Shown here piece after piece: positions 1-9,100 of a stretch of 64,000 nt of DNA. Under the pieces are notes generated by a model, which saw only the letters and a list, made by a program, of their open reading frames with translations, searched no databases and had not been told where the DNA came from. This DNA is from Polyangiales bacterium (GTDB taxonomy: Bacteria; Myxococcota_A; Polyangia; Polyangiales; Polyangiaceae). The stretch covers positions 128,001-192,000 of the forward strand of contig JBBRNJ010000004.1 in assembly GCA_038230375.1 (NCBI GenBank), given 5' to 3'. Both the position numbers and the translations under genes were made by a program. Numbering within the stretch: the stretch's first letter is position 1; the number at the start of each line of letters is the position of its first letter.

Positions 1-1036
1 TCGCGTCATCCAGCAGCTTCACCAGGAGCTGCGCGACGTGGTTCTTCGCCATGGAGGAATAGGGCCGCGCCTCCTTGTCCCTGCCCTGCTCCAGCATCTG
101 CGCGCAGTGCAGCGTCATCAGATTGCCTGCGTGCATGCCCGCCACCGCGTCCGCGACCATCTTCTGGACCGCCTGATGACGTGCGAGCTCCTTGCCAAAG
201 CTCGTTCGCGACAGGATGTACGGCTTGCACAGGTCAAGCGCGCGATCGCACAGGCCCAGCCACCGCATGCAGTGCGTGAGTCGCGCGGGAACCAGGCGGG
301 CCTGCGCCATGCGGAAGCCCTCGCCCACACCACCCAGGACGGCGTCCTCCGAGACGCGCACACCGTGGAATTTCAGCTCTGCTTCGCGGTGCGCGAGCAG
401 CGGCGGCGCCATCACCGGGATGTCGCGCACGTGCTCCACACCCTTTGCGTGGCGGTCGACCACGAACATGGTGGCGCCCATCTTCGGGTCCTCGCTGGTG
501 CGCGCCATCACGATGAGCACGGACGCAGCGCCGCCGCCCGTCGTGTACCACTTGTGTCCGTCGATGACCCAGTCGTCGCCGTCCTTCGTGGCCTTGGTCT
601 TCAGGTTCGACGGATCTGCGCCGGCGCCGGGCGCGGGCTCCGTCATGGAGAAGCCGCTCGTGATCTCTGCCTTCACAAGCGGCATGAGCCAGCGCTCCTT
701 CACGGAGGCTGAGCCCGCGCGGAGCAGCAGATCCATGTTGCCCTGATCCGGCGCGTCGCAATGGAACGCCGCGGCGCCGACGAACGAGCGCCCCATCTCG
801 CGGAAGAGCGCGGCCATTCCCATGGGGCCAAGGCCCAGGCCACCGTACTCCTTGGGCAGGTGCGGCGTGTAGAGTCCGCGCTCACGGGTCATCGCGCGCA
901 GGCGCGTGAGCGTGTCCGTCTTCTTCTCCTGATCTTCGGCGACGATCTTCGCCTCGTTCGGAATCACGTGCTCGTCGACGAACGCTCGCACCTGCTTCCG
1001 CAACGCCGACAGCTCAGGGGTGAGGAGGAAATCCAT
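1..1036 (-). CDS. Acyl-CoA dehydrogenase (ACAD10/11- or LvaC-like), runs off the left edge
   Basis: Manual translation from ATG at 1036: MDFLLTPEL...HLPKEYGGLGL...FHCDAPDQGNMDLL...FSMTEPAPGAGADP...GHKWYTT...GFRMAQARLVPARLTHCMRWLG; absent from the ORF track because it is truncated by the window. Confidence 0.9.
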   Translation of the reverse strand, partial: MDFLLTPELSALRKQVRAFVDEHVIPNEAKIVAEDQEKKTDTLTRLRAMTRERGLYTPHLPKEYGGLGLGPMGMAALFREMGRSFVGAAAFHCDAPDQGNMDLLLRAGSASVKERWLMPLVKAEITSGFSMTEPAPGAGADPSNLKTKATKDGDDWVIDGHKWYTTGGGAASVLIVMARTSEDPKMGATMFVVDRHAKGVEHVRDIPVMAPPLLAHREAELKFHGVRVSEDAVLGGVGEGFRMAQARLVPARLTHCMRWLGLCDRALDLCKPYILSRTSFGKELARHQAVQKMVADAVAGMHAGNLMTLHCAQMLEQGRDKEARPYSSMAKNHVAQLLVKLLDDA

Positions 1037-1094
1037 GCGGAACCAATATCACCAACGCAGGCTGCTGCTCTACGGCGGGTAACAGAGGTGTCGT

Positions 1095-1565
1095 TCAGAG
1101 CGTCTTCGACAGGAAGATGCTCGCCACGATCTTGTGCGGCGACATCTGCGCATAGGCGCCGAACGCCGCGCAGTCCGTGAAGCCGTAGCGGCGATAGAGC
1201 CGGAGCGCATCGACCTGCTTCGTGCCCGTCTCCAGGCACACCGTGGAGAGACCAGCGCCACGCGCCTCCGCTTCCAGCCGCTCGAGCACGGCACGCGCGA
1301 CGCCGGTCCCGCGCGCGGAAGGCCGCACGTACATGCGCTTCACCTCCGCGAAGTCATCGAACAGCGCCACACCACCGCAGCCGACAGCGGCGCCGGCCAC
1401 TGACGCGATGAAGAAGCGCACGTGCGGCCCGAATATCGCGTCGAGCGAGAGCCCGTGACGCTGCTCCGCGGGATACTCCGCAGAGAGCACTTCCTCTAGC
1501 TCACTCACCAGCGCGCGCACGTCGTCGGTGGGACCTGAGACGACTGTGATCGCGAGCGGCGACAT
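1095..1565 (-). CDS. GNAT family N-acetyltransferase
   Basis: AEVKRMYVRPSARGTGVA motif A; LETGTKQ..ALRLYRRYGF. Confidence 0.9.
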   Translation of the reverse strand: MSPLAITVVSGPTDDVRALVSELEEVLSAEYPAEQRHGLSLDAIFGPHVRFFIASVAGAAVGCGGVALFDDFAEVKRMYVRPSARGTGVARAVLERLEAEARGAGLSTVCLETGTKQVDALRLYRRYGFTDCAAFGAYAQMSPHKIVASIFLSKTL

Positions 1566-1615
1566 GCGAACTTCAGGCTACCACCGCTCGATCGCGTGCG
1601 TGATAGCGTCCGAGG

Positions 1616-2911
1616 GTGGAGAAGAGCAGCGCGTCGCGTGCCGGCCCCGTCTTCCTGTACTTCGGGCCGCTCACGCTGCTGGTCTACCTCGTATTGCCGA
1701 GCAGCTACCTGCTCGACATCGCCACGTCGTACATGCTGAAAAACCAGCTGCACGCGAGCGCGATGCAGGTGTCGACCTTCCGGCTCTTCACCGCCATCCC
1801 CGTGTACCTGTCGGTCGTCTTCGGGCTCACGCGCGATCGCTGGAATCCGTTCGGGCTGCGAGACCGCGGGTTCTTTCTGATCTTCGCGCCGGTGACCGCT
1901 GCCATCTTCGTGTGGCTCGCGTTCACCAACGTGTCGTACGGGGGCCTGTTCGCTGGGGTGTTCCTGGTGATGCTGACGTTCAGGTTCATCTCGGCGGCGT
2001 ATCAGGGCCTCATGGCGCTCGTCGGACAGGAGCAGCTCGTGTCGGGCCGGCTCTCCGCGCTGTGGAACATCGTCTCGACGATCCCCTACGTCGCCGGCGG
2101 TCTCGCCTCGGGCTATCTCGCGGAGCACCTTCCGCCACGCCAGACATTCCTCTTGATCGCCGGACTGACGATGCTGATCGCCGCGATGGGTTTGTGGAAG
2201 CCGCGCGCCGTGTTCGGAAAGGTCTACGAGCAACCGCTCGCGCGCGGCTCGACACTCATCGGTGACGTACGACGTCTGCTACGGCACAAGGCGATCTACG
2301 CGCCCGTCCTGATGATGTTCCTCTTCCAGTTCTCGCCGGGGTCGAACACACCCTTGCAGTTCTATCTGACGAATGAGCTCCACGCGTCCGACGCGATCTA
2401 CGGCTTCTACAACGCCATCTTCCAGGCGGCGTTCCTTCCCGTCTACTTGCTCTACGGCTTCCTGTGCAAGCGGGTGCCGCTCGGGAAGCTGCTGTTCTGG
2501 GGCACCGTCATCGCGGTCCCGCAGATGATCCCGCTCGCGTTCATCCGCACCCCCCACGCGGCGCTCGTGCTCGCGGTCCCCATGGGCATGATGGGCGGCA
2601 TCGTCTTTGCGGCGCTCTACGATCTGGCCATGCGCTCGTGCCCACCAGGACTGCAGGGCACACTCATGATGCTGGTAGACGGTGTCTACCTCCTCTCCTA
2701 CCGCGGAGGCGACGTCCTTGGCTCGTGGATCTACGGGAGCAGCCCGAAGCACGGCTTCCAGTACTGCGTGATAGCGATCACAGTCGTGTACGCCTCCATC
2801 CTGCCCGTCCTGCTGCTCATCCCGAAGTCACTCACCGCGACCGCAGACGGCGAAAAGAACCCAGTGCAGGACGCCAAGGTACTGGCCGAAATCCGGGGCG
2901 CTGCGACCTGA
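1616..2911 (+). CDS. MFS transporter (BT1/folate-biopterin-like)
   Basis: About 12 hydrophobic segments; FGLTRDRWNPFGLRDR loop after TM2; second-half DLAMRSCPPGLQGT. Confidence 0.75.
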   Translation: MEKSSASRAGPVFLYFGPLTLLVYLVLPSSYLLDIATSYMLKNQLHASAMQVSTFRLFTAIPVYLSVVFGLTRDRWNPFGLRDRGFFLIFAPVTAAIFVWLAFTNVSYGGLFAGVFLVMLTFRFISAAYQGLMALVGQEQLVSGRLSALWNIVSTIPYVAGGLASGYLAEHLPPRQTFLLIAGLTMLIAAMGLWKPRAVFGKVYEQPLARGSTLIGDVRRLLRHKAIYAPVLMMFLFQFSPGSNTPLQFYLTNELHASDAIYGFYNAIFQAAFLPVYLLYGFLCKRVPLGKLLFWGTVIAVPQMIPLAFIRTPHAALVLAVPMGMMGGIVFAALYDLAMRSCPPGLQGTLMMLVDGVYLLSYRGGDVLGSWIYGSSPKHGFQYCVIAITVVYASILPVLLLIPKSLTATADGEKNPVQDAKVLAEIRGAAT

Positions 2912-2957
2912 AAGGCGTTCGTTGAAATTTGTGCCGCCGCCGGAACGACCGGAGAAG

Positions 2958-3851
2958 ATGAACAGCTCCACTGCGCACGCCCCCTTTTCGTCCCGAGAAG
3001 CAGAGGCGCTGGAGAGCCACTATCGCCCTGGATTCGCGGTGGCATTCGGTCGCCTCATGCACGCCGTCAATCGGGTCTGGTTTCGCTTCTCGCTCCGCGG
3101 GCAGCTGAACGTCCCGAACACACCGTGCCTCTTCGTCGGCAATCACAGCGGGATCGGCATCGCCGACGTGCTCTGCCTGCTTGGCGGGTGGCTGGCACAC
3201 ACGAAGGGACGTCGTCGCTTCGTCGGCATGATGCACAAGATGTTCATCCAGACGCCCGTCGTCGGACACATTGCGGCTGCGTTCGGCGCGGTGCCAGCGA
3301 ATCCCGATAACGCGAAGGCCGCGCTGCGACGAGGCTATGACGTGGCCACCTTCCCCGGAGGGGATCTGGATTCATGCCGCCCGTTCACCGAGGCGCGGCG
3401 CGTGGTGTTCGGCGGTCGCCGGGGCTACGTGCGCCTGGCACTGGAGACCGGCGTTCCCATCGTGCCGGTCGCAACGATCGGCTCCCATTTCACGTACACG
3501 CTGCTCCCCGGCGGCGCGGCGATCGCGCGCATCACGCGCATGAAGCAGTGGGGACGCTGCGAGAAATTCCCGCTGGTGCTCGGGACGCTGGTCGCGCTCC
3601 TCGTGGCGGCGCTGGCGCTCGCGAACGTGGTCCCGTGGTGGCTTGTGCCAGTCGCCGTGCTCCTTGCGCTGGTGCCAAACCCCGTCCGCGTCACGAGCGC
3701 GTTCCTCCCGCCCATCGACGTGACGTCCGCCACCGCGCACATCACCAACGAGTCGGAGCGCATCGAGGCGGCACACGCGATGGTCCACGAAGCGCTCTCC
3801 AAAGCCGTCGCCACGATGCAACACGCTCCATCGACAGAGACCGAAGGCTGA
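2958..3851 (+). CDS. Lysophospholipid/glycerol-acyltransferase (PlsC/DAGAT-like)
   Basis: NHSGIGIAD (HxxxxxD-like), FPGG, GYVRLALETGVPIVPV; GGAG RBS before ATG 2958. Confidence 0.85.
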   Translation: MNSSTAHAPFSSREAEALESHYRPGFAVAFGRLMHAVNRVWFRFSLRGQLNVPNTPCLFVGNHSGIGIADVLCLLGGWLAHTKGRRRFVGMMHKMFIQTPVVGHIAAAFGAVPANPDNAKAALRRGYDVATFPGGDLDSCRPFTEARRVVFGGRRGYVRLALETGVPIVPVATIGSHFTYTLLPGGAAIARITRMKQWGRCEKFPLVLGTLVALLVAALALANVVPWWLVPVAVLLALVPNPVRVTSAFLPPIDVTSATAHITNESERIEAAHAMVHEALSKAVATMQHAPSTETEG

Positions 3852-3883
3852 AGAACTCGGCAATCGGGGCGGCCCATCGCGCT

Positions 3884-4906
3884 ATGATGAGCGTTATGGG
3901 TCTACGAGGCTCCGCAGCGACCGCAGGTGTCTTCGCCGTCGCCGTGCTCATCATGGCCGCGATCGGCGCATGCGGGAGCAACTACTCCTCTGACGCTGGG
4001 GTCTTCACGAGCCCCCCGAAGGCGGATGCGTCCTCGCACGACAGTGGCTCGGAGCTGGCAGACTCCGACGTCACGGATGGTGGAGCTGGAGAGGACGTCG
4101 CGCTGGGTCCGTGCGATCTCGAAAAGCCCTTCGGTGCGCCTGCGAACGTCGCGAGCTTGAACTCGGCGTCGAACGACGCCATCGCGCGCCTCACCGGTGA
4201 TGAGCTCGAGGTGTTCTTCGCGTCGGAGCGCGAAGGTGGCGCGGGCGCGAGCGACATCTTCCATGCAAAGCGCGCCAGCCGCAACGCCGCGTTCGGTACG
4301 CCATCGCCCGTCACTGGCGTGAACACCGCGGGCAACGAGTACGATCCCGCCATCAACGAGAACGGCCTCGAGCTCGTGGTCTCACAGTACAAGGACGCAA
4401 CCAACCACTTCGATCTGTTCCTCTCGACACGAGCGTCGACCGCAGGCAATTTTGGTCCGGGCGTCGCGCTCGCAGCGCTCAACGGCACGGACGACGACAC
4501 GGAGCCGTCATTCGCGCGTCATGACGCCACGCTGTGCTTCGCGCGGCGGTCGGCCGACATCTTTTGCTCGGACGCAGTGGCGGGCGCATACGGCGCGCCG
4601 GTGGCGCTCAACGCGCTCACGACCGGCTTTGCAGGACTGCCTTTTCCCACGTCGAGCGAGGACGGGCTCACCATGTATTTCGCCTCGATTCGCCCATCGG
4701 GAGCAGGGGCCGCCGACATCTGGATCGCTCATCGAGCCACGCTGGCCGCAGCGTTCGGCGCGCCAGTCAGCGTCGCCGAGCTCAACTCGTCTGCGGACGA
4801 TCAGCCCACGTGGCTGTCGCTGGACGGGTGCCGTCTCTACTTCACCAGCACCCGCGGAGGCGGAGCCGGCGGCAACGACATCTACGTGGCAGAGAAGCCG
4901 CTCTGA
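3884..4906 (+). CDS. Lipoprotein with PD40/WD40-like beta-propeller repeats
   Basis: Signal plus GACG lipobox; repeated 'LNS..D..P..S.DGL..YF.S.R.GG.G..DI' units. Confidence 0.8.
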   Translation: MMSVMGLRGSAATAGVFAVAVLIMAAIGACGSNYSSDAGVFTSPPKADASSHDSGSELADSDVTDGGAGEDVALGPCDLEKPFGAPANVASLNSASNDAIARLTGDELEVFFASEREGGAGASDIFHAKRASRNAAFGTPSPVTGVNTAGNEYDPAINENGLELVVSQYKDATNHFDLFLSTRASTAGNFGPGVALAALNGTDDDTEPSFARHDATLCFARRSADIFCSDAVAGAYGAPVALNALTTGFAGLPFPTSSEDGLTMYFASIRPSGAGAADIWIAHRATLAAAFGAPVSVAELNSSADDQPTWLSLDGCRLYFTSTRGGGAGGNDIYVAEKPL

Positions 4907-5331
4907 GATGCGGGCGCGTCGAAGTAGCCCTTCATCTCTTTCCTGAAGAGCAGGTAGAAGATGCCGCCCACCATGATCACCGAGAAGCAGGTCGCGAGCG
5001 ACGCGACCGCGTAGCCAATGGACGAGTAGAGCGCGAGCTTCGAGCGCTTGCGGAGCAGCAGGTGGTTCAGCCCTGCCCAGGCGCCCATCACGATCACGTA
5101 GGGGAGCGCGACATAGAGGAACTGCATTTGATAGGCAGCGACCTGCGATGGGTCGATGTCCAGCTGCGGGAGCGCAGCCGAACGTCCGATGCGTAGGAAC
5201 GTGGTGAAGATCGCGAGCGCGTTGACCGCGTTGAGCCCCGCCATGAAGAGCTGGAGGTAGCCGCAGTTCCGCGCGTTCTTGCGCGCCTCTTCCTGCGGGT
5301 CAGGCGGCGCGGGCAGGTTCGGGAGGTTCAC
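4882..5331 (-). CDS. Hypothetical membrane protein (3-4 TM)
   Basis: Hydrophobic segments in ORF 4882..5469; GTG 5331 is the likelier start. Confidence 0.6.
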   Translation of the reverse strand: MNLPNLPAPPDPQEEARKNARNCGYLQLFMAGLNAVNALAIFTTFLRIGRSAALPQLDIDPSQVAAYQMQFLYVALPYVIVMGAWAGLNHLLLRKRSKLALYSSIGYAVASLATCFSVIMVGGIFYLLFRKEMKGYFDAPASQSGFSAT

Positions 5332-5477
5332 GGTCCTGATGGTGCCACAGCTGACGCGCAGCCCTGTACAGATTCGCCCGCCGGCGCCACTGGCATGTCG
5401 CGGAGAAGATACACACAACGCGATGCGTGAATTGGTGCTGGTGAACCAGGTGACGTGTGGCGCGGGCACCGTGCAGC

Positions 5478-5493
5478 GGCGCAGTTTTGCGCC
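5478..5493. promoter_or_regulatory. Palindrome GGCGCA-N4-TGCGCC, candidate enhancer-binding-protein site
   Basis: Perfect inverted repeat 40 bp upstream of a sigma54 motif. Confidence 0.45.
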
Positions 5494-5533
5494 AATGCGC
5501 TTGATTGACGCTGCGATCCGGGGCGGGAGCCGG

Positions 5534-5549
5534 CGGCATCACCATTGCT
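5534..5549 (+). promoter_or_regulatory. Sigma54 -24/-12 promoter
   Basis: CGGCATCACCATTGCT = GG-N10-GC with TTGC; ATG at 5563 lies 13 nt downstream. Confidence 0.6.
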
Positions 5550-5562
5550 CTCATGAACAGAC

Positions 5563-5939
5563 ATGCGCTCACTCCTGGCTCTCGTTCCGCGGCGTACTTC
5601 AACGCAGCGTTCGCGCCTGCCGCCGCGCTCACGGTATCCGACCCCAGCGGGCCCAGCGCGAGGACGAAGGGGTCGAAGCTCGCAGTGGGTCAGTCCGGGA
5701 CCATCGATCTCAGTCTTTACGGCGATCAGGCGATGGCGGCGTTCAAGGTCAGTGCGCTCGATGCCAGTGAGTCCCCGATACTCGACTTCAAGTTCGACAA
5801 GACCAGCGGCAAATCGGGCGACACCGTGAGACTGACAGTGACTCTCAAGTCTGCACCGCAGAACGGCATCGAGCCGTTCGTCATCGAGTCCACGCCGAAC
5901 GGCGTGACGAATGAGTGGTATGGCCTCGTGGGGCAGTGA
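5563..5939 (+). pseudogene. Internally deleted/frameshifted lipoprotein gene remnant
   Basis: ATG 5563 (MRSLLALVP, signal-like) is in a different frame from a protein-like C-terminal Ig-like part (YFNAA...TKGSKLAVGQSGTIDL...WYGLVGQ*). Confidence 0.5.
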
Positions 5940-6003
5940 GTTCGGGGCGGACGGGCTCGCGCTGGGCGGGCGCGCGATTTCGCGCTCGGACCTGGGGGTC
6001 GTT

Positions 6004-6153
6004 CTAGAATACGAGGAACGAGTCAAACCCCAGATGGTGATTGATCGCGTGATGGCTGTCCGCGTACTGGTCGTTGTGATTCGAGTAGCCGAATCCCATC
6101 CGGACCTGGGACGTGACATCGCCCCAGAGTGAAGCTGCGAGCTGATAGGCTCG
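6004..6153 (-). pseudogene. Possible C-terminal remnant of an outer-membrane porin
   Basis: YQLAASLWGDVTSQVRMGFGYSNHNDQYADSHHAINHHLGFDSFLVF*: alternating beta-strands ending in Phe, no plausible N-terminus. Confidence 0.4.
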
Positions 6154-6157
6154 GCGC

Positions 6158-9100
6158 ATGGGCGAGAACGACAGCCTCGCGTCCGTCTGCCTCTCCTGCC
6201 TGGAGCTGCGCGACGGTGACGCATGCGCGAAGTGCGGAGCGAAGACCGCCCGCACCCGCGTCGCGTTCGAGACCTGGGAGCGCGCGCGTCAGAAGCGCCG
6301 CGTGCGTGCGCTCACGAAGCAGAAGGTCATCTCGCGCGCCGCCGGTCAGAAGCTCCTCAGCTCCATGGAGAGCACGAACGACGAGTTGCCCCCGGAGAGC
6401 GCGCCCCGACCAACGCCATCCTCCGCTTCGAGCGATGGCTACCCCCGCGAGGATCGCGCGGCTGCCGCCATCACCGCCGCGACGACGTTCTCGCAGGAGA
6501 TCAGCGCGCGCTGGACCGCGCTCACCGTCGCGATCGACTCGAACACGCCGCCCCCCAGCGAACGCGCCCCCGACGACGCGGGTGGCCGCGACGACGCCGC
6601 GCTGGAGGCCGGGCGCGCGGTGTTCACGCACGGGGCGTCACCTGTCGTGGGTGCGGGTGTGGACGCGCTTGCCGCACTGGACGACGACTCGCCTGCGGAC
6701 GACGGCGGCGAGACCCGACCGTTGGGCGCGCTGCAGGTCTTCTGGTTCCTCGGCATCATCCTGGTGCTCGCCGGGTCGGTCATGGGCGTCCGTGAGGCGT
6801 GGCGCACGCTCTTCGGCGTCAATCGTCAGCTGGTCATCGGCGGCGCGCTGTTCGTCTATCACGTGCTGTTCGTGGTTCTTTCCCGCGTGCTCGTGAAGCG
6901 CTCGCACGTGACCGGCCGAGTCCTGTCGGGTATCGCAGCCGGGCTCCTTCCGATCGCATTCGTCGCCGTCGCCTCGGCGGTGGGGACCAACGCGCGCGTG
7001 GGCATCGCCTTTGCCGTGGTGCTCGTTCTCGCCTCCATAGCCACGCTCTCACTTGCGGGTGCAGCGTTCTCGATGACACGCGCCCGGTTCGCGCCGTACC
7101 TCGCGCTCGCGCTGATTCCGTCGCTCATCCTCGAACTGCCGCTCGCAGGGGAGCCCACGGGCGACTCGATGCGGCTCTTCGCACCGCTCGGCGCGCTCGT
7201 GCCCGTCCTGCTCGCGTCACTTCGCATCCGCGCCAACATGCTTCGCTCGCTGCCCGCACGTGATGACGTGGTGGCGCTTGCCGCGGCCACGTACGGCGCC
7301 ATCGCGGTCGCGCTGTTCGCGGTCTTCGGCGGACCGAAGGACCTGGCGCTGGACCTCTCGTTCGGGACTCCCGCGCAGCTCGTCACCACCGCGTGGCTCG
7401 GATTGCTCGCTGCCATCGCGTGGGTCTCCGCCGCGGCCCTGGAGAAGACGGCACAGCACGCGCGGCTGGGCGCGCTGCTCACGCTGCTGTCCGTGGCGGT
7501 GCTGGTGTCCGCGTCGTGCGCGGGTGCGGTGAGCGCGCTCGCGAACGATTCCCCACGCGACACGATGGTCCTGGTGCCTGCGGGCCTGGCCGCGCTCGCA
7601 GCGGTCATCGTCATCGCCGAACAGCGAAGGCACTTCGGGCTCCTGCATCTCGTCGCACCCACGTCGGTGGTCGCGGTGCTGCTCTGGGCCCGCGTGTTCA
7701 TGCCGCAGGAACAGCGCCTGCTGGGCCTGCGCGGGCCTTCGGGGCTTCCCGCGGCGCTCGTGCTGGTCCCCGCCGCGCTGCTCGCGTTCTCGTCGCGCAC
7801 CACGGACGGTCGGCGACGCACCTGGGCCGCCGCGTGGGGCGTCGTGTCGGGTGTGATCATCCTCGCCATCACCGGCGGATTCGAAGCGGCGTCCATCCCC
7901 GATGCGTCCTTCGCCACAGGCGTGTCGTACGCCGCGTTCTCGTCGACCGCCGCAACAGCGCTTGTCCTGGCGCTCTCCGCGCACGTCGGCGGCGCAACGA
8001 CGCGACCGTGGCTTCACGTCTACGGAGCGCTGACAGCGCTGGTCGCGCTCTCATCGGTGCTCGTTCCCACGCGCGTCGAGAGCGCCGCGGAGAGCATCAC
8101 GTTCGCTTGCGCCGCGCTCGGTGGGCTCTACGGCGTGCTGGCGCTGTTCTATCCATCGCTCGTCAAGAACGAGAAAGACACACGACGACCGCTGGACGAC
8201 GTGTCGCTCCTCTTCGCCGTGCTTGGCCTCGCGGTCGCCGTGATTGGCTCGACGCCGACCGGCATGATGAGCCTGTCGTACGCGGAGGCTCGGCTGCTGT
8301 TGCCGCGCGCGCTGCCGGTACTGGCGATCGGCGGTCTCTTGCTCTTGCGTGCGCAGCGCGACGCAAGCGCTCTCGCGACGCTGCTGGCGACGAGCGCGGC
8401 GGTCTATGCCGTGCGTCTGATCACGAACGTGGGCGACATCGCTGGCTTCGCGCTGCTCTTCGGCTGCGCTGCGCTCGCTACGAGCGGACTCGCCGTTCTT
8501 CGCGGCCGCACGGACGCACCCCGCTTCGGGCGGGCGCTCTTCGGTGTGATCCCACTCCCGCTTGGAGGCAGCGGCACAACGCTCCTGGACGGGCCCGCGC
8601 TGGCTTCTCCCATCCTTGCAGCGCTCGCGTGTGGGTCGGCGTTCCAGTGGATCGGAGCGGGCGGCTCGCGCACGGACCGCGGCGCCGTGGTCTTCGGCGT
8701 GCTCGCGGTGATCCCCTCCGGCATTGTCGCATTCGGCACGCGGGCGCTCCTCCGCTTTGGCGCCCGCGGTCACGTCGCGACGCTGGCGATCGCAGGTGCG
8801 GCCATCGGCCTCTGCGCGGTGAGTAACCGCGTCGGTAACCCGCTGCCGCCGGCGGTCGTCGGGCGCAACCTGACCGTGATCCTGGTCGGGGTCTGGCTCC
8901 TCGCGCGCGGCATCGTGCGGGTCGGGCCCAAGGTCGGATCGTGGCTGGGCCGACCAGGCCACGGGCCGCACTATCAATTCGTTCCGCACGCGGGCGTGCT
9001 TGCGCTGTCACTGCTGCTGCTCGTCGACGCGTGGCTCGTCGGTGCGCCCACGCTGTCACGCGCGCTGGTCGTCACGCCGCCATTGCTCCTGCTTGGTGGA

